From Tubiluchus corallicola (lineage: Eukaryota; Animalia; Priapulida): 64,000 nt of DNA. Positions 1-13,101 of this stretch are shown here, in pieces. The stretch lies in the NCBI GenBank assembly GCA_030141605.1, contig JAQGDQ010000497.1, positions 1 to 64,000 on the forward strand. Reading direction: 5' to 3'. A program made the position numbers and the translations under genes. The notes under the pieces were generated by a model. That model worked only from the letters and a program-made list of their open reading frames with translations, made no database searches and was not told where the DNA came from. Each line of letters starts with the position of its first letter. Within the stretch, counting starts at the first letter, position 1.

Positions 1-700
<700 letters not shown>

Positions 701-1883
701 AGGTGAAGAACGAACTGGTACAGCAGTATTTTCGGTTGTTGCACTTACCAGTGACGATATGAACTGTGGTCTGAAGGTACGTTGTTGCTTGACGATGGAA
801 TAAATATCCACTATGTGTTCCACCTTAATCTTATCTATGACGCTCCTCAGCACAGTAAATAGACCGCTCCTCTGAGCTCCTTCACTAAAATATCAGCAAA
901 AAAGTAACATCAGATAATGACTGATAGTTTACGGTTGGGTGTTAAACAAAGAACCCACAGACGTAGATAACAAATTAATGTAAATACATTTTGCGTATTC
1001 AGGTTTTTTTATACACGACAGAAATTAAATGTATAGTAAAATAATTCGTTGTGTTGTTGGTGTATAGCTGATTATTGGTTTTTTAGGGATGGCAAAACTT
1101 AAGAAGAGTCAGTTTATAAAACTACACCTTTATTGAACATCAAACACAATAAATACTGTAACAGATAGTAATACCAAGCCCCCTGATCTAGTCTGCTCTC
1201 CTTCAGCTCCAGACTCAATCTCTTGAGCTGGGCGCATCACAAGGCTTATCTATCGTGCGCCGAGCTTCGACGCATCGACGCCTACACTTTGGTTCTGAAT
1301 TACTTGATCACGTGACACTACACCTTAACTGGGCTTCATGCCAGCATTCACCAGCATAATTATCTATCATAATCTAACGCTTTTAATATAGTTTAACAGG
1401 TCCTCTTTCACTCCTATCCCAGCTTCACAATTCTGTTTACTATTCCTTGAATGCCAAAATACAGCCGTTGCTGCTTTTGAAGTTTTATTCATTTCTAAGT
1501 TTTTTTTGGAAATTTGCCGAGGAGTCGAAAGGGTTGTGGGTGAGTGTGAGAGATCAGTTTCTGTTATTCTAAGGTGCATCTGTCAGTTCTAACTCCAAAA
1601 TTTTTTGCCTGCTTGATGGTGAAATCGTTCGACTTTTGACATATTTTCGTATTTTATTCATTTCATTTTGATTTTTTATTATTGATATTGTCTATATGAA
1701 TCACTGACTATATCGCTGTTACGTTACACGTACTTGTAACTGCATGTGGTGATAGAATTTGAACTTGCTACATGCAACTTTGTATGTCTATGTAGTTTTA
1801 CACCATTAAAAAAGTTAGAAATTAAAGTAAAGAAAGAAATTATAATATGGAAAATAACAAATTTAATAAATGAGTGAACAAAC

Positions 1884-2016
1884 GGTAGTAAGATATTGAA
1901 AAGAAAACAAGCAATATAAGAGTAAAGAAACAGTAGTAAGATATTGAAAAGAAAACAAGCAATATAAGAGTAAGGAAACAGTAGTAAGATATTGAAAAGA
2001 AAACAAGCAATATAAG
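1884..2016. repeat. Tandem repeat, 48-bp unit x ~3
   Basis: agtaagatattgaaaagaaaacaagcaatataag recurs at a 48-bp period. Confidence 0.9.
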
Positions 2017-2104
2017 CGTATTATCATTATTTAACTCCTTGGGGAGTCCTTCACTTCCTGGCTTGCCCAGGATCACATTTATTTTAAATTAATGTCTCTT
2101 TAGC

Positions 2105-3090
<986 letters not shown>

Positions 3091-3180
<90 letters not shown>

Positions 3181-3265
3181 TTTCTCTCTCTCTCTCTCTC
3201 TCCCTCCCTCCCTCCCTCTCTCTCTCTCTACCTCCCTCCCTCCCTCTCTCCTTCTCTCTCTCTCT
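3091..3265. repeat. (CT)n microsatellite
   Basis: Direct observation. Confidence 0.98.
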
Positions 3266-3647
3266 GTGATTTGTTTATATTGTTTTTTATGATGTTGTAT
3301 GTTGTATATATGTGAATTATAATATGAACTTATGTTTGAAATAAAGAATGAAATCAAAAATCAAAAATCTGTTTTGCTTACTTTCTTATGCTTAAAATAA
3401 ATAATTATCAAATTCGATTTATGTAGATCTCCCTTGTAAATCAAGTTAATAGATTTAAATGCTTCATTTGTTGTATTGATTAATAACGATGAAGTGCCCT
3501 GGAACTCTGGAACTCTGGAAATAATTATCTATACATTTGTACATGTTGTACGTAATACTGTTTCAAAGACTGTACATTACACGTTAAAGCAAAACCGGAC
3601 CCAGTCTTAAACTGTAAATTAAAACCATCTATTCTTTAAAATATTCA

Positions 3648-4704
3648 AAGGGAACGTACTATTTTTTTTCAAAACTGACTTACGTGAAAGAATTATTACC
3701 ACACAAACAAAATTTCACGTTCGCGCCACTATTTCTTCGCTGTTACATGCATTTTGCCATTCGTTAGTTAGACGGGCACTAGCACCTGCATTTCGGAAAC
3801 GCAATCCACAAAAAACAGGTGCTGTACCTCTCAGTTCATATGTGTTACTTTGTAACGAAACTACACACGTTCAACAGCTCATGCGTAAGCTCAGCGGTAA
3901 ATTCAAAATTTGAAATTTTATCTTAAAACTTACATGGTTTTAGTATAACACACTGAATATCTTACACTAGCACTGTACTTTAATTTTCGCTTTCGCAAAC
4001 ACGTGCAATACGCTCGTGGAATATTTTTGCTGTTGAAAATTATGTTTGTTTGTGATATTATCAATAGTTGGGCTCGCCCGCCATTAATTAAGTTTGTAAT
4101 CTATTATATAATTATCAGAAACGCTTTTGCAGTATTAAGTCGTTAAAATGTATACTTTTTACCCTACTTCAAAATAAGTTAGTATGTGAAAAATCATCCT
4201 GCCTTTTTTTAAAGCCGAGTATCAGCAAAATCGGTAAAAGTAATAGACGAAATGCAACTGGTTACCTACCCAGTTACGTTCAGATTTTCCTGCGTAGGCC
4301 TTAAAATAAGTAGCTAACACCGAATGTTGACTGTACAATATCATACTGAAAATCATTTCACAACTATAAATATTATGCCTGTTATGTAAAATTATCAGAT
4401 TCATCACATGGTTCAATGTTGACTGTTAGTACCATGACTGCTGCAACCCAATAGGCCTATAAGTGCAATTACATTTCATTTTTATCAATTTTAGGAGCAG
4501 TACAAGTTTTGCTACCACGTGACCTCAGAATTCTTGGAGTCTTTTAACAACTACGCAAACTTTCGAAAAATTCCAGCCAATAAATAAGAAAAAATACTCT
4601 CAATTATCGGTTTGCTTTAATAAAGACTAAGTAGGCAGTCAGGACTAAATGTTTAATTGCGTTTTATATATAATGATGAGATGAATAAAACGTTGACTGT
4701 TCCT
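3648..4704. mobile_element. Degenerate non-autonomous DNA transposon, Kolobok-like termini
   Basis: Begins aagggaac, ends gactgttcct-ttaa; 3648-4040 resembles 35933-36305. Confidence 0.45.
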
Positions 4705-4740
4705 TTAATAAGTCACAAGAAATTATTTATTTATTTATTT

Positions 4741-4800
4741 CATGAATTTTCGTCCTTATGGGCCTCACCAGCCGAATAGACTAGGCTGATAACCTGACAA
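4741..4800 (-). ncRNA. Degenerate hammerhead-ribozyme-like core
   Basis: Minus strand reads gtctattcgg-CTGGTGA-ggcccataaggac-GAAA-attcatgaaat followed by (aaat)n; the core has A6->G. Confidence 0.5.
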
Positions 4801-5042
4801 TGTTGTCCATAAACGTAATAGATTTTAGATTTTTTTAAATTTAATATTTTATTTCAAACTTCACAAAGTTCATATACACATCACAAATTAATACAAATAA
4901 TACAATAAATCATGAAACACAACAATAACACAAATAACAATTAACGATATAACAAACTACGCCAATGACATCTAATTACAGAAGTAAAGTTTGCATCACT
5001 GTTTAAAATGTTCTTGCATATAAAATATAAATATAATAGAAC

Positions 5043-5105
5043 TGTAAGGCTAGGCAGCACAGTCTACTCAGCTGATGAGGCCCATTAGGACGAAAGTTCT
5101 TGAAT
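5043..5105 (+). ncRNA. Hammerhead-ribozyme-like core (type I-like, 3' stem I strand missing)
   Basis: gtctactcag-CTGATGA(5072-5078)-ggcccattaggac-GAAA(5092-5095); catalytic core intact, helix II has one mismatch. Confidence 0.6.
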
Positions 5106-5305
5106 GAAAGAAAGAAATAATCCATTGTGTGACTATAAAGGACATTCAACGTTTTATTCATGTTAAAGATGGCAAGTTTCAGGAGGAGCTTCTTCATATG
5201 CACGAAGAGAGTTGTCGCTCCTCTTACCTATCAAAACTTCACAGCAGTTTCTGCGTCTTTTTTCTGTTAAAGAATTTTCTGTTAGACCTTTTGCATGGAA
5301 AGATT

Positions 5306-5965
5306 TTAAGGACAAGAAAAGGACAGGGGTACCTGAAGTAGGTATCAGTAAAATCGCCTTAGAAAATTACATTACTTTATAGCAATTTTATGCGTATATC
5401 GTACTGATATTGAAACGAATTTTTGTTTGTTTTCATTTTAAATCTCCCGCAATACTGTTCCGAACTCGCCATTATATGGAAGAAAAGGCCAATGTCAAAC
5501 TATGTGTCCTATGCAAAATTATATTACTTAGCATTTCGCTTACCTGCGTGAAAGACTTAGGTACTAGGAAAGATAATCATTAATTATTTAAAATGTTTTC
5601 ACCAATTGGTAAACTGTCGCTGATTCACCCCTCCAGGGTGCACCACTCACTAACTTAAAAAGTTATTTTTAATCTTATTGACAAGATACAGTAATTTAAA
5701 ATTTTACTTAGTTAATGACGTGTGTGCTACGAATGCTCTGATTATTTTTCCAAACTTCACTCAGTGCTATCAAAACTTGTTTCAAATGACTGTAAAAATG
5801 GCTGCATCTAAACGGTCATCGCGGGAGTTTAAATTTACATATTTTATACAGCATTACTGTCGATTTGCAAATCCTGTACGTAAAAAGGCAGTACGTAAGT
5901 GATACAAAATTTCAAGACGAATTTTTCAGGGTTTATGTAAGTGGAGGGTTAGTTTGTGTTTTATC
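5306..5965 (+). mobile_element. Dispersed repeat (non-autonomous DNA transposon family)
   Basis: Colinear similarity to 25100-25760 and partly to 13970-14225 (e.g. ttactagcatttcgcttacctg, cagggtgc(a/g)ccact, aaaatggctgc). Confidence 0.75.
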
Positions 5966-6450
5966 AGAGGCTATTGAACTATTGACTATTGAACAGGAAG
6001 TGCGCTGAATCAATAAAACATTGTAAATGATATATAGAATGTATTCGTATGTGTTGTCTTTTATGGTATGGTTTTAGTTGTTTTTGAATCTATACAAATA
6101 TAATATATGTTTGATCTGTGATATATGATAATGATCTAGTTTAAGCCAGACTTTTTATAATTTTGCTTTGTTTAATCCTAATTTATCGCAGAAATTAGAA
6201 ATATTCAAACATGTGACAGCTTTTTTAATTGGAAGTTTTACTTGCAATCGCTTATATAATTCATAACTATAATTATTATATGCATCTATATTTGTAGCTA
6301 TCATAAGCTTATTAAGAATTTATCATAAATTTTGATCATTAAGTTTTTACGTATGAAATAAAACCACAACGAGTTTTCTGTTGCTATACAAACAAATTCT
6401 ATTTGAAAAAATTATAGTAGCTGATGGGTGAGACAAGATTTCTAGACTCG

Positions 6451-6690
6451 CGCTCAGAAATGATTCATTTCACACTACAGTAGTCGCCGCTTAATAGACT
6501 CACGCTTAATAAACTCAATCGCTTAATTGACTCGAAAACGCCTTTGCAGTACATAGTAAGATGACGACTCATAGTTCTATAGCCAGTAATACTACACCCA
6601 TCGGTTAATAGGTTCAGTCGGTTAATTGGGTCAAAACACTCCGGTCCCAAAGTGAGTCTACTGTAGTGTGAAATTAATCATTTCTGAGCG
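6451..6690. mobile_element. MITE-like element with ~33-bp terminal inverted repeats
   Basis: cgctcagaaatgattcatttcacactacagtag ... ctactgtagtgtgaaattaatcatttctgagcg. Confidence 0.7.
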
Positions 6691-7289
6691 GTCAATTGCA
6701 TCAAGTTTTGTTGTTTCGCAATTGTGTTTGCAAATCAATATAAAATTATATAAAATAATAATAATTGCATTCATGTTGAGTTATTGATTTTATTGTTTAT
6801 AGTTTTTACGTTGAATGTAATTAAGAAGCTCAATATTCCATTGAGTGACAAACGCGTTATTTGCTCACAGGCACCTGACACCACCCACCCCACACCCACC
6901 CCCATTCCGACACTACTTGAGTGAAATGAGGAGCGTGCAATAAGAAAAATCCCGCATTTTTAAACAGTTTAGCATTCAGCAAGTCAGAATCCAGTAGTTA
7001 ACAGCAGTGTCTACTATTAAAGATTAGCGATTGTGGCAGAACCAGAATCCAGCATATCACCAAAAGTATATATAACAAAACACACACAAAACCACAAACC
7101 ATAACAACATTCGTCAAAAAATAACTGAAGAATTATTTACAACTTCTCACTACACACTTATTCCTAACAGTCATTACTTAAAACGCTAAAAGTTATTTAC
7201 AAATTCACAATATGACATTGGGTTTCCATTGAAAAATTCATGCAAATCGTTGAAGCTCAGTTCAGTGTTATCTTCACGAAGGTGATTAG

Positions 7290-7560
7290 TAAGTGGACAA
7301 AAACAGATAACATGCTCTTCTGTTTGAATGTTTAAGCCAGACAGGAGCATAGCCTGTCTCTCTTTTTATCCTTGCCCATCTTCCAGTCTCAATAGCTAGG
7401 TTAAGTGGGGAGAGGCATAACCGAGATGTTTTAATCCTATAGAGCTCATTTACTTTAACCCTATACATTGCACTGCAGATAGTTCGGGATTCAGATAGAG
7501 ATAGGTGCACAGTTTAGTTCTTCGGAATCCCTGATATGTTGTTTTGTGTTCCGAGGTCGT
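7290..7560 (-). mobile_element. Decayed LINE ORF2 C-terminal fragment (L2/Crack-like)
   Basis: RLCLSPLNLAIETGRWARIKRE motif; same family as 13686-13945. Confidence 0.7.
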
Positions 7561-8907
7561 CAGAGATAATATCGTTTTACGAAGGATAGCTTTCACATAA
7601 CACACCCCACACAAACCAACAAAAACATACAGTGAAACACTGAACCAGCACAAGTAACTCAGCCTTCTACCAACAGAAAAAATACTATAGCACATGAAAA
7701 TACCCACAAGCAGTTTACCTGGAAATTAACCAACCATTTGTTAACCAAACCCGACGCTGCGTGACCTTTGCAGCCCGGAGCACAGTGGTCACTCCTGTGG
7801 CTGTTCGATGTGTGCCTTAACTTGTGTTTTCTAACTATATAACTGATTGATTTCCCCTGGATAGACCAATACCACAGCTTTAAATTAAATCACTGTCTTT
7901 TTGGAAAAATACCTTGTAACAAGCGTAAAGACGGAAAAGGTTCGGAATAGCTGAGTGGTGAGGCGATCATGTTTGCTTGAACGGCTTATCACCAACTGAT
8001 CTGACTCCTCTGGCAAGAATTGCTCCATTCAGACGATTTAATAAAGAAATTTTTGCCCTCCGCTTGAAAATTACAATGATTTTAAAATGGAACGTAAATC
8101 TACGCTTTTTTCACGTAACTAGTCCGCTATTTTTGGAATGCCAGCTGTTTGCCTTCTTGTTTGTGTGTATGTCAAATGAAGCCAGCTGAAGGTAAACAAC
8201 TTGAACAGTTCCACTTCAAACCAGCAGCTCCATTCACAAATTCTTGTTTTGAGGTAAAACCTTGTTTTGTTAAATTTTCAGAAGTATAATATATTGCGTG
8301 TGAAATGTGCTAACGCAACTCTATATGCTTACAAAAACAATATTACATATGCAAAACCAGATCCAACATTAATTTGATTTTGTGGTAAAGTTAAGTGGGT
8401 TTATATCACGCAGTAATTCTGTGAGACATGATGAAGCAACAGCTGGAATAATGGAATAAAGTTTTTATGTATTGAACATTAGACGCATCGTGTGGTATAC
8501 GACCAGTAAGTATGTTTACATCATAAAGGCAATTCAACGATTAATCACTAAACTACGTTTTCATGAATAGTTTACTATTTATGCTTACACGATTATTCCA
8601 GTATTTAACAATTAAGATTCTCCTAGATCTAGATGTAATTTATGTGCAAATATGTATGTGTAATATATATATATATATATATATATCAGGTCACAATATT
8701 TTCATTTCCACTGCATTTTTTCGATGTATTCATTTTCAGTTTACAAAGGATATACACGTCAATAATGAACAAAAGTAGTGTCTAAATTAGCATCTGAAAT
8801 TTAGTGTTAAAGTGAAATTTAGTGAAATTCCGCAATATAGTGTTGCCATGCAGTTGAGAAGTATAAATTTTGATGCATTTTACCAACCTCCAGGTAATAT
8901 GCATACT

Positions 8908-9078
<171 letters not shown>

Positions 9079-9205
9079 CGAGTTGAAATTTCGCGCTATT
9101 TTCCATTCTTAAATATTAAAAAAACAAATAGGCGCAAATCATAAGCTTAGACACTGATTGGTGATAAGCAAATAAGCAACACAAATTCTTAAAATAAAAT
9201 CACCC

Positions 9206-9437
9206 ACTTAAGCAAAGACATGGTTTTTATTCAGATACAACATCTGCAACGTTTCGACACAGTTAAGGTCATGTATCACTCAATATGTAAATTTACAATT
9301 TAGTATTTTGTTTTGTTTGCTTGTTGTAATGTTGATTTTTTCACTGTATTTTTATTTAGTTGGATTGTTGCGTAAACATGGCCTTAAACAATGTTGAAAC
9401 GTTGCGAGTGTTGTGTCTGACATGTCTGTTCTTAAGT
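9206..9437. mobile_element. Old fold-back/MITE with degenerate inverted arms
   Basis: cagatacaacatctgcaacgtttcgaca...ttaaggtcatg pairs imperfectly with catggccttaa...tgttgaaacgttgcgagtgttgtgtctg. Confidence 0.55.
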
Positions 9438-11057
9438 ATGTGCTCGCTGTTATTTCTACTTAAAGTTACGTGGGAATTACAATTAGCAGATCAACTATTA
9501 AATTTTCTGAAGCAGCACCCCACTAATTTTAGCTACGAGCCGCGACTGGCTTATTTCGTACACAAAATATTTACAGCAAATAAGAGACTATGTAATGAGT
9601 TAAGTTTATACATAAAGTCATTTAAGTTTATACAAATATGTCGCAAGACTTTTTATTTACATCATAGTGGTACGTATCTGTGTAGATTCAATGCTTTTAA
9701 CCCTTTTGCCAAGTTCGTGCCATTAACCGGTTCCGACTTGCATATTTTCGTCATCACCACGTTGTTAATCGTCTATAAATTATGTTTTGGTACATGTGAT
9801 TATATATATATATATATATATATATATCCTATATATTATAAGATATAGTCCATTTAGTAACGTAAAAAATTCAAATACGCTCAGTCTTGATTCCTGTCAC
9901 AGGCCTAGGTAATCCATTCTCTCTTCAAGTAGATGACATCAGTTGCTGGATGATTGTTGACTTACATAACTGGTATCTACCCAAAACCATAAAGTTACTA
10001 TAGAGGTTAAAAACACGAGGCGGGCCTCAGAGAGCTTAGTTCTTGCCTTATAATTCATTATTATGATCTGAATATCAAGATTATCATTAATGATACAATA
10101 CAAACAGACAATTAATTAAATTTTGATACCAAACGGTGATATAGCTGGGTTGAATCAGGCACCATTAGGTCTCCGGTGGTCAAGGCAATCCAAAGTTCAG
10201 CTCTTACAACTAGCCAGTTCCCAATTTTTTGACATTTCCTGTATTTCAAGCTAATACCAAAAGCATGTCAAAATACCAAACACATTAATTATCTGTTAGT
10301 TTATACCATCATAGATAACCTTCTAAAGTTATCAGCCAACACCGTATCTTAAAGAGATCAAATAAATTAGCCATAATTCAAGGCTGGATCGAAATCTATC
10401 CTATAGACTGCAGCCTGGTGCCCTCAACCTTGGGGCTCTAGGACTTGAGGAGACTGCCCTGCTAACAAATTTTCAGATACACGCCTGTATTCTTTTGAAC
10501 AACTCATTCAACTTAACATAAATTTTCAACTTTAAAAAGGTAGGCGGCCAAGCATTTTGTTTGAGAAAAGAACCCTTGTGTTTGACATAAGCCCCCCTCC
10601 TGTTTAACGGGTTCAAGTGAGTTTAAAGATGGCTGCGTCTGCATCCAAGAGGTCGAATAAGGTCATAATCCGGCCTGCCATGATTACAAATTGCGTCGCA
10701 AATATTTAATTGAAACATTTTGGTTGAGTCGCCACTAACTAGCTACGAAACGAGATTAACAATAAAGTTCTACGAAAACTAGTTTACGAGAAAATAAATC
10801 TTTAACATAACAGACTCGTGAATTTTCGATCAAACCGTTTTCTTTTCATCTTCATTAATTAACTTAATTAGATGAAATAATTGTGAAAACGTTACAAGGT
10901 TCTGCATGAGCTGGTGCTGGACACTGCTACAAACACAACAACTCTTAGGCCTACTTTGGGATGAACATAACACTATTACAGTTTAAATCTCTTTATACCC
11001 CCCTACTTTCAGACTGCAGAAAAGTTTGGCACTCAAAAGAGGGGCATTATAAGAAAT

Positions 11058-11166
11058 GTCTACGGCCATATCACGTTGAAAACACTGGTTCTCGTCTGAT
11101 CACCGAAGTTAAGCAACGTAGAGCTTGGATGGGTGACCGCCCAGGAATACCAGGTGCTGTAGGCTT
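11058..11166 (+). pseudogene. 5S rRNA-derived head (not a functional 5S gene)
   Basis: gtctacggccatatcacgttgaaaacac...gaagttaagcaacg...ttggatgggtgaccgcc...gtgctgtaggctt; ~10-12 nt deleted between box A and box C; no oligo-T terminator. Confidence 0.85.
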
Positions 11167-11600
11167 GCGGGATGCCCACTCGGCACTAAGCGGAGGAGCT
11201 GCACAAGCAGCCAACGGCTAGAGGGCGGAAGAGGTCAAGTGACCCAACAGCCATGTGTAGAGGAGTAAACCTTCCAAATCAGGAGTGGAGCCTCGAAGGT
11301 GGACCAGTGCAGCATGCTCACTGACTCCGGCAGCTCCTGCAGCCAACCTGGTGCCAAACGTGTTGCTCCGCTTTCCTTTGGACTACACCAGGGAGGGGGG
11401 TTCCTGTTGTCTGGGCAACTCAGGATCTCCATACACCTTGCCCAGGCGTGCGCCCTAGAGAGGCCACTCCACACTCCAGTGGTTGAAGGATCGGACTGCT
11501 CAGCCACAGTCGACGCTGCAGCTCCATCAACGTGATCAATAACTGACTCACTTGGAGCACACTCCATTGTCTTCCGAGACAGAAGGATGCCAACAACAAT
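11058..11600 (+). mobile_element. 5S rRNA-derived SINE (SINE3-type) with RTE-derived 3' tail
   Basis: Head 11058-11166 is 5S rRNA-like; tail 11486-11600 matches the RTE end at 24133-24256; (CAA)n end; candidate TSD ataagaaa at 11049-11056 and 11599-11606. Confidence 0.88.
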
Positions 11601-12294
11601 AAGAAAGCTGAATGTATTACGAAAGAGACGGTTATGTTGGTACAGGGCGTTTACACAAATTTTACAACTTCGCCAATCCAAAAATTACGAAAATTTTATC
11701 AACCGGACATCCGGACCAAGTTAAATTTTTATTATGGTAATTCCCGGCTTACTAGCATAAGAATTAAAATAGCTCCGTAAACATCTAAAAAGTTATAAAA
11801 CCTTCGCACCAGCGCATGTTAACAATATCGATACGTGAACGCAGTTTCTCTCTTATCAAAGTCCAAAGTAACTGCTTCGATGGTTGTTTGACACCATGCA
11901 CAGGCCTATATAATCGCTAGTCATTGACAAAAATACATGTACATGCCTGTTTATTATATTTACTGTTGTGACAGCTATTCGGAAAATGACACTCGTGCTT
12001 GGATGTCAAAGAAAAGGAAAAGCAAGAAGCACCACACGGTTTGGGCTACAATGTGCATTTTGTCGTAAGTATTATTTTGATTTATGTAAAGATGCTGACT
12101 TCCTGGTTATTAAGAAAGCTATGTACAGTAAGCTAGTATGTAGAAAATGGTGAAAATTTACACAAAAGAATGCGAAACAAAAGAATACGTTTCTAATATT
12201 GAATTCTATATAATAGCCATACGCCAGCTGTGGCTAATATTGAGGGTGATCTAGCTTAGTTAGTAAATTTCTTGAGTCTGAAAAACCGAAGTTT

Positions 12295-12365
12295 TTCCCA
12301 GGTGTAATTACTAGTGCAGCGGCTCGGAATGGAAGAGATTTTGGTTCGAATCCCAGCCCGGTTTA
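12295..12365 (+). pseudogene. Decayed tRNA-like sequence (probable tRNA-SINE head)
   Basis: Perfect B box ggttcgaatccc at ~12343-12354, weak A box, no clean cloverleaf. Confidence 0.35.
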
Positions 12366-12600
12366 AACACGTTTTTCTAATTTATTTTAGCTATATAAAT
12401 TAATAATTTTATATATACCATGCACTGTTTTGGTGGTTGTATGAAAAATGTTTATCTGCCTAAGAATCGTAATGCCAGCATTGCTTACGTTAATGCTTAT
12501 GCTTGTGTTCGTGCTGAAATGTGTTTATATTTACGTTTGTGTTTATGAGCATGTTTGGTCAAACGACGAAAGGCCAAAAATGTCATGATAAATTCTGCTA

Positions 12601-12858
12601 CTGCAACTAGCACTGCGAAATTCATGTCGGTTCTCAATTAAGCTACAGTTACACTTTAATTCAATTCAGTTCAATGCACATTTTTATTTTAGACTTAAAA
12701 TTCATAAATAATTAATATATATTAATTAGTTTTTATGTGTACTTTAATTTTTTATGAATTTTAAGTCTAAAATAAAAATGTGCATTGAACTGAATTGAAT
12801 TAAAGTGTAACTGTAGCTTAACTGAGAACCGACATGCATTTCACAGTGCTAGTTGCAG
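12601..12858. mobile_element. Hairpin MITE, ~115-bp inverted arms, TA target duplication (Tc1/mariner superfamily-like)
   Basis: ta|ctgcaactagcactg...cagtgctagttgcag|ta; arms nearly perfect. Confidence 0.85.
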
Positions 12859-13056
12859 TACTATAATTATAAGATATTACGGCTACACATCAAAACTTAT
12901 CGTTAAACTTAAACTCAGGTAATACACATTCGATCTTCACGGAAACGAAACGCACGTGCGGTGTTGCGGCAGATGCGGTAGATCCGGCAATGAGGGTCTG
13001 TAATGAAAGCTAAGCTCTATCTAACATGCTATAAGAACATGATTTTCTTTTTTCAG

Positions 13057-13101
13057 TTCTTCTTTTATATCTCCACGGAGTTGACGGCAAAAACTGCTCA
13101 G
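13057..13101 (+). CDS. FN3 membrane protein exon (end of putative signal peptide, LLLYLHGVDGKNCS)
   Basis: tttcag acceptor, g|gtaata donor, phase matches next exon. Confidence 0.6.

Noticed and set aside
1100-1620. LTR-like or coding relic inside the fold-back loop
   Set aside because: AATAAA and a short direct repeat are present, but there are no TG..CA termini, TSD or identifiable protein motif
11058-11166. Functional 5S rRNA gene
   Set aside because: Internal deletion, no T-run terminator, and it continues into a SINE body and LINE tail with a TSD
11235-11681. 148-aa minus-strand ORF
   Set aside because: Antisense of the GC-rich SINE body; no recognisable domain
12871-12918. First coding exon of the FN3 gene (cag|gtaata donor)
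   Set aside because: No ATG in the required frame before an upstream stop; it could only be non-coding
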